Shown here: piece after piece, positions 58,537 to 64,000 of the stretch
How the letters are laid out: each line of letters starts with the position of its first letter
Numbering within the stretch: position 1 is the stretch's first letter
IMG/VR virus record: IMGVR_UViG_2526164702_000004
Span: 12,985-76,984 of that record
Strand: one strand, 5' to 3'
DNA from: a virus
Lineage: Duplodnaviria; Caudoviricetes
Length of the DNA: 64,000 bases
Translations under genes and position numbers: made by a program
The notes under the pieces: model-generated
Database searches by the model: none
Told to the model about the DNA's origin: nothing
The model's input: only the letters and a program-made list of their open reading frames with translations

Positions 58537-59073
58537 ATGAATGATTTACGTAGAAAGGAAATAAATGCCAAAGCTGATGAACTCAGAATGTTTCTGGAAT
58601 TAAAAGTTCCATTGGATCTAGTTCAATCGGTTGAAAAATTAGGTGGGAGAGTATTTGAGGATGAGAATTTGCCTTTCGAAGCTTTGATAAAAAAGGACGA
58701 GAAAAGCAATAAATTTCAAATACGCTTACAAGGTAATCACTCTGAAGTCAGGAAGCGTTTTTCAATTGCTCATGAAATAGCCCATTTAATTTTACACATG
58801 AATTATGATTACAAAAATCATTCATGGCTGGGTGAAACCGAATATAAAGATTCTGTTTTATATCGATATGGATTTACAAAAGAAGAATATGAAGCTAATG
58901 AGTTTGCAGCAGCATTCTTAATGCCAGCAGAAGAATTTAAATTAATTTCTGATAAAAACTATCATTCAGAAAGTGAAATATACAAAATTAAACCAATTGC
59001 AGAGTATTTTAAAGTATCAATGGATGCGGTAAAAAATAGAGGCCGTTGGTTACAGATTTTTGCCTGGGATTAA
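58537..59073 (+). CDS. ImmA/IrrE-family Zn metallopeptidase
   Basis: RKRFSIAHEIAH (HExxH) and EYEANEFAAAFLMP. Confidence 0.9.
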   Translation: MNDLRRKEINAKADELRMFLELKVPLDLVQSVEKLGGRVFEDENLPFEALIKKDEKSNKFQIRLQGNHSEVRKRFSIAHEIAHLILHMNYDYKNHSWLGETEYKDSVLYRYGFTKEEYEANEFAAAFLMPAEEFKLISDKNYHSESEIYKIKPIAEYFKVSMDAVKNRGRWLQIFAWD

Positions 59074-59076
59074 TTC

Positions 59077-60018
59077 TTGTTATATGTAGATCATATATTA
59101 TTTTTTTCTTTGGATTTGGTTAATTCGACTGAGTATAAGACATTAAATCCAAAAGAATGGCCAACAGTATTTCAAAAATTTTATGAAATAGCCGATAGCA
59201 AACTCCGAGAAAAATTCTCTAGAATTAAAGTCTGGAAATATATAGGTGATGAAGTTTTATATTATTTACGAATAAATTCATTAAAAGATATTTTTGATGC
59301 TCCAGTTTGTTTTTACGAAGTTCTACAAGAAAGTATTGCATCATTACATAAACATAAACCAGAATCGAAAAGAATATTGTCAATAAAAGCAACTCTTTGG
59401 ATGGCTAAGGTTGGAAAGATTCCTTCGTTAAATCAAGAAGAAGCTGAAAATATTTTTAAGTATGGAAATTTTCAAAATATCATAATCTCATCCGAAAACT
59501 CATTTAAGACTGATATTGAAGATTTTCTTGGTCCAGATATTGATACTGGATTCCGTATTTCAAAATATTCTTTTAAAGGAAAACTTGTTATCTCTGCTAA
59601 CATTGCTTATATCTTGTATAAATTTCGAGAAGATGTATATAGTAACTATAAATATGCACCAGAAGATCGATTAAGAATTTTATATTTAAAAAAGTTAAAA
59701 GGAATTTGGAATGGTAGAGCCTATCCAATTATTTGGTATCAAACTGATTGGGATTATAAAAAAGTATTTTCTTATGATGATCATTTACATACGGAATATG
59801 CAGACTTTGTGAAAGAAATTAAAAATACAAAGCAAATGAAACTAAAAGTTATTCAAAGGATTTCCGATGAAATTGGTTTCAATGAAGTGTTAGATTGTTC
59901 AATTAAAGAAATTCAAGAAAATAGTAAGAAAGTTGATGAAGATGAGATTAAACCTATTTCTGTACCAATAAAAAATACGCGAAATAAATATTTGGAATAT
60001 CGTTTAAAAACTGAATAA
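59077..60018 (+). CDS. Class III nucleotide cyclase-like protein
   Basis: FFSLDLVNST and VWKYIGDEV carry both metal-binding Asp residues; FLGPDIDTGFRIS. Confidence 0.6.
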   Translation: MLYVDHILFFSLDLVNSTEYKTLNPKEWPTVFQKFYEIADSKLREKFSRIKVWKYIGDEVLYYLRINSLKDIFDAPVCFYEVLQESIASLHKHKPESKRILSIKATLWMAKVGKIPSLNQEEAENIFKYGNFQNIIISSENSFKTDIEDFLGPDIDTGFRISKYSFKGKLVISANIAYILYKFREDVYSNYKYAPEDRLRILYLKKLKGIWNGRAYPIIWYQTDWDYKKVFSYDDHLHTEYADFVKEIKNTKQMKLKVIQRISDEIGFNEVLDCSIKEIQENSKKVDEDEIKPISVPIKNTRNKYLEYRLKTE

Positions 60019-60021
60019 AAA

Positions 60022-60408
60022 TTAGAATTCCAATTTTGAATACCAGTCTTCTAACTCTTCTGTTTTTGATTCGTCTGTATAAAATCGATAATCTTTAAAT
60101 TCACATCCACAATTAGGGTGCACAGGCGCACAAAGTTGATATGATTTTGCATTTCTCCCAACATTATTCTTTCCAGGCCATGCAGCTATTTTCACTCCAT
60201 GCGGATCGTGTATAACTGTATCATCTCCTCCAAAATATTCTGAATTTTCAAAATCAGAGTAACTTGCAAAAAGCCTAACTTTAGTACCCCAATGTGATGA
60301 ACAAAAGTCACAGGAATTTGTATTACTTGATTTTAAGTATGTTCCAGCACTTTCCTCAGAAGAGTAGTGCTCATGTTCTGATTCTGAAAAATGATCCCAA
60401 AAATTCAT
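60022..60408 (-). CDS. Stand-alone MuF-type C-terminal Cys/His domain
   Basis: CDFC...WPGKNNVGR...PVHPNCGC. Confidence 0.65.
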   Translation of the reverse strand: MNFWDHFSESEHEHYSSEESAGTYLKSSNTNSCDFCSSHWGTKVRLFASYSDFENSEYFGGDDTVIHDPHGVKIAAWPGKNNVGRNAKSYQLCAPVHPNCGCEFKDYRFYTDESKTEELEDWYSKLEF

Positions 60409-60409
60409 A

Positions 60410-61141
60410 TTAGAAATGTTTGATAACCTCAGAAAGGATTTGTGGAAGAGTTGTTTTTAATGAATTCAATTTGTTAGAAGCTGAAATAAAAGCACTTAAA
60501 TTGTTCGGTGGCAAAGAAGGACTTCCAGGTGCGGTACAATTTACTGTAAGTAAGGTAAGTGCATTTGAGATCTCTAATAGAATATCAATAAGGTCTTCCA
60601 GCTTTTTTTTCAAAGTTTCTCCTTGTGTAGCATGTTCAAGTTTATTCACGGTGGGTGGGATTGATAAATCAATTTGAAATCTTATCTGATTTAATTTATC
60701 AACATGTTTCAATAAGTTTTCTGTCCAAACTGTCTTGTGCCCAGATTCGTGCCCACTAGAAACTTCTTCGCTATCATAATCTAAATTTTTACTTAAATTC
60801 GTTTGAGTGGATACCCCGGCCGGAAATGGGTAAATTGCCAATATGATTGGATTGTCTCTTCTATTTTGAATAAACCCGATAAGGCATAATTGTCCTGTTT
60901 TAAATCCATGCTTGTGCCCTGAAAAAAATCCAGTTATCCCGTAATATGGACCAGGCAATCTAATCTTCTTGTATTTTTCTCCAGTCAATAGTCTTACATC
61001 GGCACGGTATTTAAATAGTCCTGAATACAAAGTTTCTATTTCCGCTAATTCAAATCCATTTTGAACTGCATTTGGCCCATTTCCATTAGCGAATTGAACT
61101 TTTTTTTGATTAGTAAAAGAATCAAATAGCTTTCGGTTCAC
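60410..61141 (-). CDS. Baseplate spike (gpV-like)
   Basis: AEIE..RADV..G.LCLIGFI..PII OB-fold; C-terminal metal-binding-like tip. Confidence 0.65.
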   Translation of the reverse strand: MNRKLFDSFTNQKKVQFANGNGPNAVQNGFELAEIETLYSGLFKYRADVRLLTGEKYKKIRLPGPYYGITGFFSGHKHGFKTGQLCLIGFIQNRRDNPIILAIYPFPAGVSTQTNLSKNLDYDSEEVSSGHESGHKTVWTENLLKHVDKLNQIRFQIDLSIPPTVNKLEHATQGETLKKKLEDLIDILLEISNALTLLTVNCTAPGSPSLPPNNLSAFISASNKLNSLKTTLPQILSEVIKHF

Positions 61142-61244
61142 AGGGTGTGGACAAGTTCAGATATATTTTAAATAATCAAGTATTTTTATCATTGACCAGT
61201 GGTTGTTGAATTTTAACCCTACTCATGTCTTAAAGAGGTCAGTT

Positions 61245-62015
61245 ATGAAATATTCTGTTTTTATTCTATTATTAATTACGTTTTCTTTCTCTCTCTACTC
61301 TGATAACCAAACAGCTAACAATGATTCTTCCAAATCACAACAAGAAGAACCCGAAGAAGATCGTGAAACTTTAGCAGATAAACAACAAGAAAAGATCGAA
61401 GAGCAGGAGAAAAGAAACAAACGAAAGGATGAATATCTAAAAACGATCAAACTCTTTGAATCAATAAATCAATTTAAAGTTGAGCGAGAAGATAACGACG
61501 TCTTGAGAACAAAGAAGAAAAAATTACAACAAAAGGAAATTATATCTTTAAATGCAAAGCTTAAAGGATTACCTATTTCGTTTGCTTCCATAAAAAACGA
61601 ATCTGTAACCGAAGAGACTGAGCTTTCGGATTACGGAAAAAAAGCAATAAAAAGTTATATTCGCAAACTAATGACTGATCCTCAAACAAAAGAATTGTAT
61701 GCTGAAATGGATGAAGATAATCCATTTATTAAACTTGCAGCATGGGGTTATTTGATGATGGGATGTGGAAAAAAATGCGAAAAGAAAACTGGGAATTTTC
61801 TAGCTGAGTTTAGCTATTATAGTGATTATGAATACCTTGGCATTTCTAAAGAAAAATTTTATAAGTTAGAAATAGTAAAAATTCTAACATCTGAAGATGA
61901 GGCTTTAAAAATTAAATCATATAACTATTATAATGTTTCTGGTAAAATTGATCGCTTTAAATTTGAAGACGACATCTACGGAACTGCAGGGAATATTAAA
62001 TTATATATAAAGTAG
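61245..62015 (+). CDS. Secreted protein, family member 1
   Basis: Signal-peptide-like MKYSVFILLLITFSFSLYS; C-terminal VSGKID. Confidence 0.7.
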   Translation: MKYSVFILLLITFSFSLYSDNQTANNDSSKSQQEEPEEDRETLADKQQEKIEEQEKRNKRKDEYLKTIKLFESINQFKVEREDNDVLRTKKKKLQQKEIISLNAKLKGLPISFASIKNESVTEETELSDYGKKAIKSYIRKLMTDPQTKELYAEMDEDNPFIKLAAWGYLMMGCGKKCEKKTGNFLAEFSYYSDYEYLGISKEKFYKLEIVKILTSEDEALKIKSYNYYNVSGKIDRFKFEDDIYGTAGNIKLYIK

Positions 62016-62170
62016 ACATGTCTTAGGATGACACGATCGGTTATTTGTGTCTATAAGTCACTTATAGACCAGAAAAATGGTCTAAACCAATAAGTTTTAA
62101 ATGTTTTGATCTGGGAAACTATCATTAGATTGATAAAGTTTCAAAGAAAGCCTCTTACGAAGGAGAAATT

Positions 62171-62386
62171 ATGAGCGCGCTGGATCCTTTGATGAAATTT
62201 AAGGAACCTAAACATAACTTAGAAACGCTTAACAAAGCTGTTCGAGAAATGGAAGATCATAATCACGACGAACCTACCTCTATGCCAAAATGGATAGAGG
62301 CTTTTGAAAATATCCAAGACAACTTTTCCTCTGCATATGGAGAAGCTGTAGAATTTATTAAACGTAACAATAAAAAATCCTCTTGA
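62171..62386 (+). CDS. Hypothetical protein
   Basis: 71 aa; RBS AAGGAG. Confidence 0.55.
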   Translation: MSALDPLMKFKEPKHNLETLNKAVREMEDHNHDEPTSMPKWIEAFENIQDNFSSAYGEAVEFIKRNNKKSS

Positions 62387-62757
62387 AATCTACACCAAGT
62401 AGTACGACTTCGGAGCGATTGAAGATGAGGCTTCAAAAATTAAAGAAACATTATTATTTCTTTAACGGAAAATTCAGTTTTATACAATGGGTTTCTTATC
62501 AATTCAAGTTGAAATAGTAAAAGGATTTAGTTTTTTTCGAATGAATGTCAAATCCTTGTATAAAAAATAACTTGATATTCGTTTAGTTTTTAGTCATGAT
62601 TTGACTATGAAAGAAAAAGATGATAATCGTTTAATACAGTTTCAGAAAAGCTTTAGAATTGATTCTTTGATAGAATCTGTGATTCATTTACCTCGAAATG
62701 GAAAGATTACAATCAATAAAGCACCTAAGCTTTTTGTTCAACCCCAAGAATCTTCTA

Positions 62758-63378
62758 CTACTTTATAAAAATAAGTAACCTACGAGGATTATCTTGATAT
62801 TGTAAATGATCTATCTTACCGGAAATTGCATATTTCTTATAACCTTCATTAAGTATTGAATATAAAGCTTCTCTTTCCATTTCAGCAATCGTTACTATTT
62901 TTAGGTGAGGTCTTTCAGATATATACTTATCTATATCATCCGGAATTTCATTGTATCCTGTATTTTTATAAATCGATGGAAAAGAAAATTTTGTTAAATA
63001 TAACTCTTTTTTGTTCTTAGAATTTTTCTTAAGTCTATTCAAATAGGAATCGTCAAATCCTTCTGTGTGTTCATAAGTCTCTGATAACTTATGAATACTA
63101 CCTTCCAGTTCCAAAAAAGAAAAAGTAAGGGATTTTCCTTTTAAGCTTTTGATTAGTGATTCAAGTTTTTTAAAAGAGAGAAATCGTTTTCTTTCATCAT
63201 ATAATGATATTTTTTCACCAAATAGTGATTCAAAGAGTTTAAAAATTTCTAGATATTCCTTTTGTCTGTACTCGATGCTATAATCTTGCGGTGCTTCAGT
63301 TATGCTTAATTTTTGGTTATCAGAGTAGATAGAGAAAGAAAACGTAATTAATAATAGAATAAAAACAGAATATTTCAT
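62758..63378 (-). CDS. Secreted protein, family member 2
   Basis: Same signal peptide; ISGKIDHL. Confidence 0.7.
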   Translation of the reverse strand: MKYSVFILLLITFSFSIYSDNQKLSITEAPQDYSIEYRQKEYLEIFKLFESLFGEKISLYDERKRFLSFKKLESLIKSLKGKSLTFSFLELEGSIHKLSETYEHTEGFDDSYLNRLKKNSKNKKELYLTKFSFPSIYKNTGYNEIPDDIDKYISERPHLKIVTIAEMEREALYSILNEGYKKYAISGKIDHLQYQDNPRRLLIFIK

Positions 63379-63399
63379 CTTGACCTCTTTAAGACATGT

Positions 63400-64000
63400 C
63401 TACTTTATATATAAGTAAATTCCGTAATGATTAATACTCCTACCAGCATCGCTGATTCTAATCTTATCAATTTTTCCTGAAACCAAATATGGCTCACCAA
63501 TTTTTATATCAATAGCTTCTTGCTCTGATTGTATTGTTTTTACTATTTTAATTTCAATATGATCAATCATATCAACTATATCCAGAATCTCATCACTGGA
63601 CATACCAGTTCCATTATAATCTGATATATCTCTGTTTGCTCTTTCATTTGCGTCATATTCAATTATAAACTCATTTGTTTTTTTATTTAGGTTTTTTCCT
63701 GAATCCTTTTTTCTCTCAACAGATTCTGCAATTGCATTTGATAAAGCAAGAGAAGCCCCTTTTAACTTTATATTTAGAGACTCAATTTCTTTCTCAATTC
63801 CTTTGATTTTCTTATCTTTAAGAAGATTGTTATCCCCATGCTTAAACCTATATTGTTTCAAAGTCTGAAAGAGTTTAATGACCTTTAGATATTCATCCCT
63901 TTGTTTATTTTTTCTTTCTTGCTGTAATTCGGAAGGATCATTGTTAACTGTTTGGTTATCAGAGTAGATAGAGAAAGAAAACGTAATTAATAATAGAATA
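63400..64000 (-). CDS. Secreted protein, family member 3 (5' end beyond the window)
   Basis: Frame stays open to the edge: ILLLITFSFSIYSDNQTVNND...VSGKIDKI. Confidence 0.7.
   Translation of the reverse strand, partial: ILLLITFSFSIYSDNQTVNNDPSELQQERKNKQRDEYLKVIKLFQTLKQYRFKHGDNNLLKDKKIKGIEKEIESLNIKLKGASLALSNAIAESVERKKDSGKNLNKKTNEFIIEYDANERANRDISDYNGTGMSSDEILDIVDMIDHIEIKIVKTIQSEQEAIDIKIGEPYLVSGKIDKIRISDAGRSINHYGIYLYIK

Larger units (their letters stand above)
61224..63396. repeat. ~85-bp inverted repeats (61224-61311 versus about 63313-63396), with a further copy at the right edge
   Basis: CATGTCTTAAAGAGGTCA..ATGAAATATTCTGTTTTTATTCTATTATTAATTACGTTTTCTTTCTCT.TCTACTCTGATAACCAAA. Confidence 0.85.
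1..64000. mobile_element. Temperate myovirus-like phage / phage-plasmid (window lies within it; ends not seen)
   Basis: Terminase, portal, baseplate J/hub/spike, tail fibre, endolysin, CI/Cro switch and rep+parA; no integrase or host housekeeping genes in the window. Confidence 0.9.

Noticed and set aside
62049-62084. Perfect palindrome GTCTATAAGT-C-ACTTATAGAC with an overlapping second hairpin
   Set aside because: Real, but single-copy with no assignable binding protein; it may be a terminator or operator and cannot be resolved from sequence.
1-64000. tRNA/rRNA genes, integrase and att sites, major capsid, sheath and tape-measure genes
   Set aside because: None recognised; the missing structural genes probably lie outside the window.

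Overview
AT-rich myovirus-type temperate phage genome segment that looks like a phage-plasmid: it has a rep/par module, no integrase in the window, and a second lambdoid-type replication gene with iterons. Gene families suggest a Leptospira host (inference). Layout from left to right: head and packaging genes on the minus strand (terminase, portal, MuF-like, DarB-like MTase-helicase); a toxin-antitoxin island; rep/parA; an accessory and defence region (orphan antitoxins, DprA+PRTase, TM2, DUF4041); a CI/Cro-like switch; the early, recombination and replication operon with an IS3 insertion; lysis; tail fibre and baseplate; and a secreted-protein cassette cluster. The standout is 33.8-37.7 kb. 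Nine tandem, diversified ~85-aa HTH genes each end inside their own pair of palindromic operators (5-bp spacer) flanking a TTGAC(A/T) -35 box with near-fixed geometry, and a second overlapping reading frame stays open across all nine. Other candidates are a structured ncRNA, a MuF protein apparently split into two genes 49 kb apart, and an IrrE-peptidase plus class III cyclase-like pair. All family assignments come from motif recognition; no database searches were run.
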